Shown piece after piece: positions 23,747-31,415 of a DNA stretch of 31,415 nt (the first letter of the stretch is position 1; the number at the start of each line of letters is the position of its first letter). A program made the translations under genes and the position numbers. The notes beneath the pieces are model-generated. The model had not been told where the DNA came from. It made no database searches and saw only the letters and a program-made list of their open reading frames with translations. The stretch spans positions 1-31,415 of the forward strand of contig JADHUC010000115.1 of the NCBI GenBank assembly GCA_016784735.1, read 5' to 3'. The stretch comes from Pirellulaceae bacterium. GTDB lineage: Bacteria > Planctomycetota > Planctomycetia > Pirellulales > Pirellulaceae.

Positions 23747-23944
23747 GAATGTTGCGAGATCAAGCCTTTCGGTGCGGGTTCTTGGGCGGTTGCCGAGATT
23801 GGCGTGTACGAGTAGGTGTACGAGTACGGCACGAATTCAGGCGAAAACACGGTCCCCACGCACTTCTACGCGTACTCGTACACGCATATCTCTTCCTCTT
23901 TTCTGAACGTTGTCTCCTCGCAGATGCTTGATCTCGCACCATTC
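23747..23944. repeat. nested inverted repeats in the 550-nt spacer between the LRR gene and the zinc-ribbon gene
   Basis: Outer IR gaatgttgcgagatcaagc (23747-23765) / gcttgatctcgcaccattc (23926-23944), 18/19. Inner IR gcgtgtacgagta (23802-23814, tandemly repeated as gtgtacgagtacg 23816-23828) / tactcgtacacgc (23873-23885). ggccccgtgcc flanks both outer arms in direct orientation. Confidence 0.7.
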
Positions 23945-24055
23945 GGCCCCGTGCCGGCGGTGAATCGCTTTGACAACTACGTGCGGAGCCCTCGAAATCG
24001 CCTTCGCCTACTTGACTTCCTGTGAATACAGAACGAATCCCGGACCCAACTTCCT

Positions 24056-25786
24056 TCACGGCGGTGGAGAACTCAGCCAACCAACGTCTGTCCCCGGCAA
24101 CGCCTTGGCAAGGTACCGCTCGCCAGCGTCGCTGACCAGGGTGCCGCCGAGACGAACTTCCTTCAGGTGGCTCAGACCAGTTAGGCGTGGGAGGCCGGCG
24201 TCGCTGATTCTGGTTTCGACTAGATTAAGATACTCCAGTTTCTTCAAATCCTGGAGGTAGATGAGGCCGGCGTCGGTAATTTTGGTGGAATCCAGGTTCA
24301 GAGACTTGAGGTTGGTCAAGCCCTGGAGGTGCATCAGGCCCGCGTCCGTCACGGAGTTTGCGGCCAAGTTTAGCTTTGTGAGCTTTGACAACGACTTCAG
24401 GAACTCGGTGCCGTTGTCGGTTACGCGCGTCTCTAACAAATCCAGGTCCGTAAGCTCGGTCAACTCCGCAACGTGCGCCAAGCCCGCGTCGGTGACTTGT
24501 GTTCCCGCTAAGTGCAGCTTCTTGAGCTTGGCGAGCCCCTTGAGATGTTCCAGCCCGACGTCGGTGACCGGTGCAACCCAGAGTCGCAGTTCTTCAAGGC
24601 TGGTCAGTCCTTGAAGGTGTTCAAGCCCGGCGTCGTCCACTTTGGTCCACCGGAGATCGAGTTGCCGAAGCTTGCGCAGCCCCTTGAGGTATCTCAAACC
24701 GGGACCGCGAATTCGCGTGTTGTGGAGATCGATGTTTTTCAGTTCGCGCAGTCCTGCGAGATGCACCAATCCGGCGTCGCTGATCCCGTTACCGCCGATA
24801 TCTAAATCTTCCAGTCGAGTCAGTCCACTCAGGTGCCTCAAGCCGACATCTGTTATGCGCGTGAAGCCGATGTCCAGATGTCGCAGATTGGAAAGTACTT
24901 TCAAGCGTTCGAGACTTACATCGGTGATTTTGCTTTGACTAAGAACGAGCGTTTCGAGCTCGCCTAGGTTCTGCAGGTGTTCCAGCCCTGCATCGCTGAC
25001 CGTACAACCGCAAAGCCCCAACTCTGTGAGCTTCGTCAGTCCTCCCAATCGCGCCGCACCAGTATCGGTAACTTGCGCATTCCAGAGCTGGAGGCATCTC
25101 AACTCGGGTAGTCCATGAAGATGCTTCAGTCCGTGCCCGACAACCTTGCTGCGGTGGATGCGGAGAGACTCGAGCTTAGTCATACCGGAAAGGTGCGATA
25201 GACCCGCGTCAGTAATTGCGTGCGACCATAGATCCAGTTCGCGAAGACTCGCCATGCCCTTAAGGTGTTCCAGGCTTTGGTCGGTAAGGTGATATCGTCT
25301 AAACGGAAGAGCCCCGTAAAGCTTCAAGGATCGGAGTTTGGGCAGCTTCGCCAGGTTTGCCAAGCCGGGGCCGCTGATTCCCGCCGAAAGCTCTAGGTGT
25401 TCAAGGTTGCCCAAGCCGGTCAGGTGCTGCATTCCGGCATCTGTCACATACGTGCAGCCAAGTATCAGCTTCTTAAGGTTGGTCAAACCTTGCAGGTGCC
25501 GCAATCCAGCATCCGTGACTTTGACGCTGTCCAATCGCAGTGCCTGAAGGTTGCGCAGTTCTCGCAGGATGTGCAAATCGTCGTCGCCAACGTACGCACC
25601 CGTTGATAGGCTCAATGAAATCGCCGGATTTTGTGAATCCGGTTCGTCGATTCTCACTCTTCCTCCCAGGTTCTCAATCTTGGCAATGATCCTCTCCTGT
25701 TCGGTCTGCGCGTCGGCCGTCCAGGTCGAGAAGACATTCGCAGCAAACATACCCAAGAGAAGCATCACCAGAGTAGGTCTTTTCAT
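24056..25786 (-). CDS. secreted leucine-rich repeat protein (~20 'TDAGL' LRR units)
   Basis: Signal peptide MKRPTLVMLLLGMFAANVFSTWTADA. KIENLGGRVRID module. About 20 tandem ~24-aa units of the form L.GL..L..L.L..T.VTDAGL.HL. Confidence 0.9.
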   Translation of the reverse strand: MKRPTLVMLLLGMFAANVFSTWTADAQTEQERIIAKIENLGGRVRIDEPDSQNPAISLSLSTGAYVGDDDLHILRELRNLQALRLDSVKVTDAGLRHLQGLTNLKKLILGCTYVTDAGMQHLTGLGNLEHLELSAGISGPGLANLAKLPKLRSLKLYGALPFRRYHLTDQSLEHLKGMASLRELDLWSHAITDAGLSHLSGMTKLESLRIHRSKVVGHGLKHLHGLPELRCLQLWNAQVTDTGAARLGGLTKLTELGLCGCTVSDAGLEHLQNLGELETLVLSQSKITDVSLERLKVLSNLRHLDIGFTRITDVGLRHLSGLTRLEDLDIGGNGISDAGLVHLAGLRELKNIDLHNTRIRGPGLRYLKGLRKLRQLDLRWTKVDDAGLEHLQGLTSLEELRLWVAPVTDVGLEHLKGLAKLKKLHLAGTQVTDAGLAHVAELTELTDLDLLETRVTDNGTEFLKSLSKLTKLNLAANSVTDAGLMHLQGLTNLKSLNLDSTKITDAGLIYLQDLKKLEYLNLVETRISDAGLPRLTGLSHLKEVRLGGTLVSDAGERYLAKALPGTDVGWLSSPPP

Positions 25787-25830
25787 GGCACTACTTGTTC
25801 AGCATACTGAGCCGTCCAGAGGTTTCCAAT

Positions 25831-25998
25831 TGTCATGATGTCCGCAAGTCTGGACACGACCTGGTACTCGGCCTTGCCGATGAAATCCGTACGCGTGCAA
25901 TATCGGCCAAGTGCAACGGCAATGCAAGCGTGGTCGTCTCGGGCCATCGTTCTGGCCGGAGGATTTTGGTCGCCGGCGGCGAGGTGCTCGGATAGACT
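25831..25998 (-). promoter_or_regulatory. conserved 5' leader/promoter region, copy Y (paralogous to 23498-23666), containing a 17-codon uORF coupled to the LRR gene
   Basis: Same three conserved blocks as copy X. The conserved ATG (25836-25834) here opens MTIGNLWTAQYAEQVVP*, whose TGA (25785-25783) overlaps the LRR ATG (25786-25784) as ATGA. Confidence 0.5.
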
Positions 25999-26067
25999 AT
26001 CGTGTACACTACTCCCTGAAACTTGCCCTTATCAGCTCGTGCATGGGAAACGCGAAAGGAGCAGAAG

Positions 26068-29000
26068 ATGATAGGTCGGAGAAGCCTCTTTCAGCCACAG
26101 GCGGTTGTGCCACTGGCATTGATCTCTGCAGTCTGTTGGATATCCGCTGCCACGGCAAACGACGCCGAGTCGCCTGGTGACGTTGCACGTGAAATCATCG
26201 AGAAAACAGGCATCAAGGGCGGGTTGATCGTGCATGTAGGTTGTGGCGACGCGAGGCTGACCACATCGCTGCACGCGGGCGAGAGGTATTTGGTGCACGG
26301 ACTGGGCTCGGACGCGGCGGACATCGAACGGGCGCGCGAACATATTCGCTCAATCGGATTGTCCAGCAAGGTGTGGGTTCAACATTGGATGGGCGATCGT
26401 CTGCCGTACGCCGAAAATATGGTAAATCTGGTCGTGGCAAGCGGCGGATGCCAAGTGACAGATGAAGAAATAGCTCGTGTGCTGGCCCCCAACGGTGTCG
26501 CCCTTTTTCTCAATCGACAATCGGCAATCGAAAATCGGAAATGGGTGAAGCCTTGGCCTGACGAGATCGACGAGTGGACCCATTGGCTGCACGGGGCCGA
26601 TGGTAACGCGGTCGCGCAGGACACGGTCGTTGGTCCGCCACGGCGGCTTCAGTGGATCGCCAAACCGTTCTGGTCGCGGCACCACAATACGGCACCCAGC
26701 GTCACCGGTATCGTGTCGGCTCAATGGCGGTTGTTCTATATCGTCGATGAAGCACCGTCGAGCATGGACGGTAGCGCGCCGGACAAATGGGTGCTGGTAG
26801 CACGCGATGCGTTTAACGGCCTGCTGTTGTGGCGCAAGCCGATTCCGCAATGGGGATGGAAAACATGGAGCGCCGAGTGGACGTGCCGCTTTACCGTACC
26901 CACCCACATTCCTCGACGCTTGGTTGCGGTCGGCGACCGTGTCTACGTCACGCTCGGCTTCAACGCTCCGCTTACCGAATTGGATGCGGCAACCGGCGAG
27001 GTGCGGCGCACGTTCGAAGGCACGGACCTCACGGACGAGATCCTTTGCCACGAAGGGCGTTTGATCGTGACGCTGAACAAGGCCAGCCAGCAGCCTGGCG
27101 GGGCCTCGGCCGATCGGCGCGGTGAGGCGGACGAGTCGCCGGTTCGAAAATGGGTGGCTGCCATCGACGTCGAAAGTGGAAGGATGCTTTGGAAAGTCGG
27201 CGACTACGTCGGGCTGCGTTCCAAGACCGGGTCGATGGACCGCATCAGTCATCTGTCGATGTGCGCCGGCGACGGGCAGGTTTTCTTTGTTGACGATGAC
27301 CAGATCGTCAGCTTGGATTTGCAGGACGGTCATGAGGTCTGGCGGGCGGCTCGCCCCGAGGTTCCCGAGAACAAGATTCGCTACAACATTCGCATCACGG
27401 ACATGTGTTCGCTGGTGTATCACGGCGGCTACCTCTTTTTCGCTCAACTGAATCCCGATCGTCACATCGACTGGCGAGAGATTCGCGGACGACTGCATAC
27501 GTTTGACGCGCGCAACGGGAGCGAATTGTGGAATCGGCCGTGTGCTTCGTGGGGATGGGGACATCCGGCCGACGTGTTCGTCGTCGACGGTCTGGTGTGG
27601 GTCCATGACTACCAGGGCGGACCGCGGAGTGCACGCGAAGCGCGACCAAGATCCGCGGCCGACTTGGCGACAGGCAAGTCCTGGGTCGGATCGAAGAGCA
27701 CTTTCGTGGTGGGCCTCGATCCCGCAACCGGTGATACCCGTCGAAAGATCTCAAACTTCAAAGCGTTCAACGACGGGCACCATCATCGCTGCTACCGAAA
27801 CAAGGCCACGCCGCGCTTCATGATGACCAGCTATCGGGGTCTGGAATTCCTGCCTTGGAATGGCGACGAATCACAATTGAACCACTGGGTCCGTGGCACG
27901 TGCCGCCTGGGCGCGATCCCCTGTAACGGCATGGTGTATGCGACGCCGCATCCCTGTAACTGTTATATCAGCTCGAAATTGAACGGCTTCGTGGCGTTGG
28001 CACCGGAAGGTCAGAGGCCAGAAGTCGGAGGTCAGAGGTCAGAAAGACTGGTGAAAGGCTCGGTGTATGGCCAAATCGGCAATCGAAAACCGGCAATCGA
28101 GAATCCCCATGACTGGCCCATGTATCGCCACGATGCTGAGCGAAGTGGGACTACGCCGTCGCCGCTGCAGGCCAATCTGAAGAAGGCGTGGGAAGCGAAC
28201 GTCGGGGGGAAGTCGACCAGTTGCGTTGTGGTTGGCGATACCGTCGTGTTGGCCAATGTCGATTCGCATGAAGTTCTGGCCTTTGATGTCAGCGACGGAA
28301 AGCCAAAATGGCGGTTCACTGCAGACGGCCGAGTGGATACGCCACCGACGGTTTATCAGGGTCAAGCATTCTTCGGCTGCGCGGACGGTTGTGTGTATAA
28401 CGTGCGTCTGTCCGACGGCCAACTTGTCTGGCGCTTTCGCGGTGCGCCGGAACAGCGTCTGGTTGGCGCCCTCGACGGAATCGAGTCTGCCTGGCCCATT
28501 CACGGAAGCGTCTTGGTTCGAAATGGCGTTGTCTACTTTGCTGCTGGACGCTCGTCGTTCTTGGACGGCGGAATTCTCGCGTGTTCGCTTGATGCGCGGA
28601 CTGGAGACGTGCTGTCCGAAGAGTGGTTGGCCACACCGCACTCGATAGAGGTCGACATCGGTCGCAATCCGTTGGCAGACACGGGGCTCCTCTCGGACAT
28701 CCTGGTCAGTCATGGCGACTCGATCTTCATGCGCCGGCGTCAGGTGTTTCCGTCAAAGGAGTCGCAAGATAGCGGTGGACCGCTTCGTTCGACCAGTGGG
28801 CTCCTGGACGATAGCTGGTTCAGTCGTACCCGTTGGCTTCTGAACGACAAGCCATACGCGGAATACTTCGTCTTTGATACCGACTCGGTCTATGGCGTTG
28901 GAGCAAGGGACTCGGCGAGCGACAACGGCGGGTTCTTCGCGCCAGGATCGCGGGGATACGAACTGCTTGCCGTCGGCCGTGCGTCGACCGCGCCGAGTGG

Positions 29001-29343
29001 CGACCAACCGAACGCTAAGCCATCGAGCAAGAAGAAGACAAGCCAAAAGCGCTGGTCTATCCGTGTACCACTTCGAGTGACTTCGCTGGTCCTGGCCGGC
29101 GAGACGCTGTTCGCGGCCGGTACGCCGGACGTGGTCGATCCGAATGAGCCCTGGGCTGCCTACGAAGGAGAACGAGGCGGCGTGCTTCTGGCCATCGCCA
29201 GCGACGACGGGCAAATCCTGGCCGAACACAAACTCGACTCGCCTCCCGTGTTCGACGGGCTGACCGCGGCAAATGCACGACTGTTTGTCACGGCCCTTGA
29301 CGGCAAGGTATTGTGTTTTCAGGGCAATCCGCCGTCGCCCTGA
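26068..29343 (+). CDS. large exported protein: signal peptide + class I methyltransferase-like domain + PQQ-like (BamB-type) beta-propeller repeats
   Basis: ATG 26068 with AAAGGAG upstream (the ORF is open from 26023). Signal MIGRRSLFQPQAVVPLALISAVCWISAATA. GGLIVHVGCGDARL...LVHGLGSD...RLPYAENMVNLVV...RVLAPNGVALF follows the order of SAM-MTase motifs I, II, IV and post. Many PQQ-propeller-like units follow (GRMLWK, GHEVWRA, GSELWN, DWPMYRHDAERSG, GKPKWRF, GQLVWRF). Confidence 0.85.
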   Translation: MIGRRSLFQPQAVVPLALISAVCWISAATANDAESPGDVAREIIEKTGIKGGLIVHVGCGDARLTTSLHAGERYLVHGLGSDAADIERAREHIRSIGLSSKVWVQHWMGDRLPYAENMVNLVVASGGCQVTDEEIARVLAPNGVALFLNRQSAIENRKWVKPWPDEIDEWTHWLHGADGNAVAQDTVVGPPRRLQWIAKPFWSRHHNTAPSVTGIVSAQWRLFYIVDEAPSSMDGSAPDKWVLVARDAFNGLLLWRKPIPQWGWKTWSAEWTCRFTVPTHIPRRLVAVGDRVYVTLGFNAPLTELDAATGEVRRTFEGTDLTDEILCHEGRLIVTLNKASQQPGGASADRRGEADESPVRKWVAAIDVESGRMLWKVGDYVGLRSKTGSMDRISHLSMCAGDGQVFFVDDDQIVSLDLQDGHEVWRAARPEVPENKIRYNIRITDMCSLVYHGGYLFFAQLNPDRHIDWREIRGRLHTFDARNGSELWNRPCASWGWGHPADVFVVDGLVWVHDYQGGPRSAREARPRSAADLATGKSWVGSKSTFVVGLDPATGDTRRKISNFKAFNDGHHHRCYRNKATPRFMMTSYRGLEFLPWNGDESQLNHWVRGTCRLGAIPCNGMVYATPHPCNCYISSKLNGFVALAPEGQRPEVGGQRSERLVKGSVYGQIGNRKPAIENPHDWPMYRHDAERSGTTPSPLQANLKKAWEANVGGKSTSCVVVGDTVVLANVDSHEVLAFDVSDGKPKWRFTADGRVDTPPTVYQGQAFFGCADGCVYNVRLSDGQLVWRFRGAPEQRLVGALDGIESAWPIHGSVLVRNGVVYFAAGRSSFLDGGILACSLDARTGDVLSEEWLATPHSIEVDIGRNPLADTGLLSDILVSHGDSIFMRRRQVFPSKESQDSGGPLRSTSGLLDDSWFSRTRWLLNDKPYAEYFVFDTDSVYGVGARDSASDNGGFFAPGSRGYELLAVGRASTAPSGDQPNAKPSSKKKTSQKRWSIRVPLRVTSLVLAGETLFAAGTPDVVDPNEPWAAYEGERGGVLLAIASDDGQILAEHKLDSPPVFDGLTAANARLFVTALDGKVLCFQGNPPSP

Positions 29344-29370
29344 ATCCGAGTGGGATGCAAACCGTACTCA

Positions 29371-29438
29371 ATTCGTTGCCGCCTTGAATTCGTTGGGGTA
29401 AATCCGTCTTACCCAGCGAATTCAGGGCGGCAACGAAT
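29371..29438 (+). other. long imperfect hairpin 28 nt after the stop of the 26068-29343 gene (REP-like or mRNA 3'-end structure; no U-tract)
   Basis: attcgttgccgccttgaattcgttggggtaa (29371-29401) pairs with ttacccagcgaattcagggcggcaacgaat (29409-29438). The two base differences are T-vs-C, giving U.G pairs in the + strand RNA only. One bulged G. Confidence 0.7.
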
Positions 29439-29522
29439 GAAGTGGCTGTCGCGTCTCGAACACTTGGTGCCATTCCGAAGGCGGGAGGAATAAACTATCA
29501 TTGATATGTTGCTTTCACGGAG

Positions 29523-31058
29523 ATGTCTGGAATGCGAAGATCCAATGTGGAACTGTTCGTCTTAGGCCTTTTGCGAATCGGCGTGGGTTGGCACTTCGCC
29601 TACGAGGGACTTTCGAAACTGTTCGACGGCAATTGGAGTTCCGCGGGCTACCTGGAAAGCACCAACTGGATCGGCGCCGATTTGTTCCATTGGATGGCTG
29701 CCAATCCCACGGTACTGAAGGTCGTTGACGTATCGAACATCTGGGGTCTGATTCTAGTCGGCGGGGCGCTGATGCTGGGCTGCCTGACTCGCGTGGCAGC
29801 CGCGCTGGGAATCGCGATGCTCGCGTTGTACTACGCTGCGCATCCATCATTGTTCGCAGACCCCTCGGGCATGACGGAAGGAACCTACCTGTTCGTCAAT
29901 AAGAACTTGGTCGAGCTACTGGCCCTGTGCGTTGTGGCCGTGCTACCTGCCGGGCGTTTTGGGCTGGACGGCTTGCTGTTCGCATGGCGACGGCGATCCG
30001 TGCATCGGGGCGCCGCGTGCGAGCCTCCGGCCGACTTGGCCGAGCCTGCCTTTGCTTCACCACTCGGACGCCGGCAAGTGCTGGCCAGCTTTCTTGGCGT
30101 GCCCTTCGTCGGTGGCTTTGTCTGGGCCGTGTTGAAGAAACGGGGCTACGAAAGCCACGAGGAGAACCAACTGGCCGCCCGGATCGACGGCCTGAGCGGT
30201 GCCACCATGAAGCCTTTCGAAGTGAAGACTGTGGAAGACCTGAAAGGCCCGATTGACACGGCAAAGATCTGCAATGTCCGTCTCAGTCGTTTGATCCTCG
30301 GCGGGAACCTCATGAACGGCTTCGCCCATGCCCGCGATTTGATCTACGTATCGAATCTGATCCGCGCCTATCACTACCCGGAAAAGATCTTCGAGACATT
30401 CCGGCTGGCCGAAGCGTGTGGTGTCAATACGGTGCTGACCAATCCAAGACTCGCTCCCATGATCACCGAGTACCGGAAGCGCGAGTTTGGCAAGATCCAA
30501 TTCATCGCGCAATGCAAAGGCAACACCGAGAAAGATCTGCTGGAGTCCGTGCGTTACTCGATCGACAACGGTGCCTGTGCCGCCTATGTGCAAGGCGAGG
30601 CTGCGGATAGCTACGTGCGCGACGGCAAATTCGGCACCATCGAGAAGGCGTTGGAGCTAATGCGGGCAGGCGGTCTGCCGGCGGGAATCGGTGGTCACCG
30701 CATCCGGACGATAAAGCTGTGCATCGACCAGGGGTTGGAGTCGGACTTCTGGGTAAAGACGCTGCATCACCACATGTACTGGTCTGCCGACGTGGAGAAT
30801 CAGCAGGACAACATCTGGTGCGAGGATCCGCATGAAACCATTACCTTCATGAACGATTTGCCCCAACCTTGGATTGCCTTCAAGGTACTCGCCGCCGGAG
30901 CCATCAACCCGCGCAGCGGATTCAAGTACGCCTTCAGAAACGGCGCCGATTTCATCTGCGTCGGCATGTACGACTTCCAGATCGTGGACGACGTGAACGT
31001 CGCCCTAACCGCGATCAAAGAAGCAAAGAACCGTGTGCGCCCCTGGCAGGCCGTATAA
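29523..31058 (+). CDS. DoxX-family membrane domain fused to an uncharacterised ~330-aa C-terminal domain
   Basis: The N-terminal ~150 aa (LLRIGVGWHFAYEGLSKL..., 4 TM helices) are DoxX-like. A further TM helix (VLASFLGVPFVGGFVWAVL) follows. The soluble domain (SRLILGGNLMNGFAHARDLIYV...AGIGGHRIRT...FICVGMYDFQ) has no family I can name. ATG 29523, or ATG 29532 (better spaced from GGAG). Confidence 0.75.
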   Translation: MSGMRRSNVELFVLGLLRIGVGWHFAYEGLSKLFDGNWSSAGYLESTNWIGADLFHWMAANPTVLKVVDVSNIWGLILVGGALMLGCLTRVAAALGIAMLALYYAAHPSLFADPSGMTEGTYLFVNKNLVELLALCVVAVLPAGRFGLDGLLFAWRRRSVHRGAACEPPADLAEPAFASPLGRRQVLASFLGVPFVGGFVWAVLKKRGYESHEENQLAARIDGLSGATMKPFEVKTVEDLKGPIDTAKICNVRLSRLILGGNLMNGFAHARDLIYVSNLIRAYHYPEKIFETFRLAEACGVNTVLTNPRLAPMITEYRKREFGKIQFIAQCKGNTEKDLLESVRYSIDNGACAAYVQGEAADSYVRDGKFGTIEKALELMRAGGLPAGIGGHRIRTIKLCIDQGLESDFWVKTLHHHMYWSADVENQQDNIWCEDPHETITFMNDLPQPWIAFKVLAAGAINPRSGFKYAFRNGADFICVGMYDFQIVDDVNVALTAIKEAKNRVRPWQAV

Positions 31059-31085
31059 CGCCGCGACGAACCATTCGAGCGGATT

Positions 31086-31155
31086 GACACGAGACCACAA
31101 ATCTCTTCATCTATAACCAACAATCTATAACCAGTCCGAAGAGCAATCTCGTGTC
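31086..31155. terminator. candidate bidirectional 3'-end hairpin between convergent genes
   Basis: Outer stem gacacgaga (31086-31094) / tctcgtgtc (31147-31155). Inner stem ctcttc (31103-31108) / gaagag (31138-31143). The AT-rich apical region holds a tandem ATCTATAACCA repeat (31109-31119, 31123-31133). The right arm overlaps the last codons of the minus-strand ORF. Confidence 0.35.
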
Positions 31156-31415
31156 ATGAAAACGGCTCGCGGTGGACTCGGTTGAACCATTGGTTTTCGA
31201 AACCTCTTACTGATCTGAAGCCAGCCCGCGAACACAAAAAACAGCAGAGCTACGATCAGCACGAGTGACGTCAGGAGCGAGTTCCTGTAACGAATTCCCA
31301 CCCATTTTGTGCGGCCGTTGAGCAAAAGCAGAACGATCGCCAACATCGGGATGCACAGCGCTCCGACAATCGCGTAGGTCTTCTGCATCGTCTTGAATGG
31401 CACGGCCACCAAGCC
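31125..31415 (-). CDS. 3' part of a polytopic membrane protein gene truncated by the window edge (possibly Nramp-like transporter C-terminus)
   Basis: The ORF is open to the window end. Two C-terminal TM helices: YAIVGALCIPMLAIVLLLLNGRTKWVG and LLTSLVLIVALLFFVFAGWL. The LLLLNGR..WVG..YRN pattern resembles Nramp-family C-termini from memory only. Confidence 0.45.
   Translation of the reverse strand, partial: GLVAVPFKTMQKTYAIVGALCIPMLAIVLLLLNGRTKWVGIRYRNSLLTSLVLIVALLFFVFAGWLQISKRFRKPMVQPSPPRAVFMTRDCSSDWL

Noticed and set aside
24056-25786. Strong ~72-75-nt nucleotide periodicity that could be mistaken for a CRISPR or other tandem array.
   Set aside because: The periodicity lies entirely inside an uninterrupted 576-codon ORF and corresponds to ~24-aa LRR units. 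There are no unique spacers and no identical repeats.

Overview
High-GC window (hand-counted 60-nt lines give about 62-70% in most genes). The gene content looks like Planctomycetota, probably Pirellulales-like; this taxon call is inference only. Supporting content: secreted 'TDAGL'-type LRR proteins, an 'FSLRALL' membrane protein, a TAT-signal Gfo/Idh/MocA plus PmoA-like pair, a giant PQQ beta-propeller protein, and an ECF sigma/anti-sigma pair. About 27 protein genes are supportable. No rRNA, tRNA or CRISPR was seen.

Left third, all on the + strand:
- a frameshifted FGE/SUMF1-like gene;
- an ECF sigma, anti-sigma and exported di-haem cytochrome c peroxidase operon. The peroxidase is preceded in frame by a signal peptide and an HMA (MerP/CopZ)-like domain, interrupted by one TGA in the metal-binding loop. 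This is a candidate selenocysteine site or a pseudogene;
- about 140 nt downstream, a complete hgcA-hgcB mercury-methylation pair;
- a TRAP transporter (dctP, dctQ, dctM) with an unusual 360-nt structured dctP-dctQ spacer.

Middle:
- an S9 peptidase;
- a TPR lipoprotein with an IS630 transposase remnant fused in frame upstream;
- a lower-GC run (about 52-58%) of exported hypothetical, WD40 and LRR proteins.

Right third:
- Gfo/Idh/MocA oxidoreductase and a PmoA-like protein;
- a zinc-ribbon membrane protein;
- a 576-aa LRR protein;
- a 1091-aa signal-peptide, methyltransferase-like and PQQ-propeller protein;
- a DoxX fusion protein;
- a truncated membrane-protein gene at the window edge.

Non-coding structure is rich:
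- a family of REP-like composite palindromes sitting just after stop codons, one flanked by a roughly 50-bp duplication of a gene's 3' end;
- a triple CACGTT half-site array in front of hgcA;
- a roughly 168-bp 5' leader/promoter region duplicated in front of two different genes;
- nested inverted repeats;
- 7-nt periodic tracts inside a CDS.

The most interesting signal is the hgcAB pair together with the adjacent TGA-interrupted exported HMA-peroxidase under ECF control.
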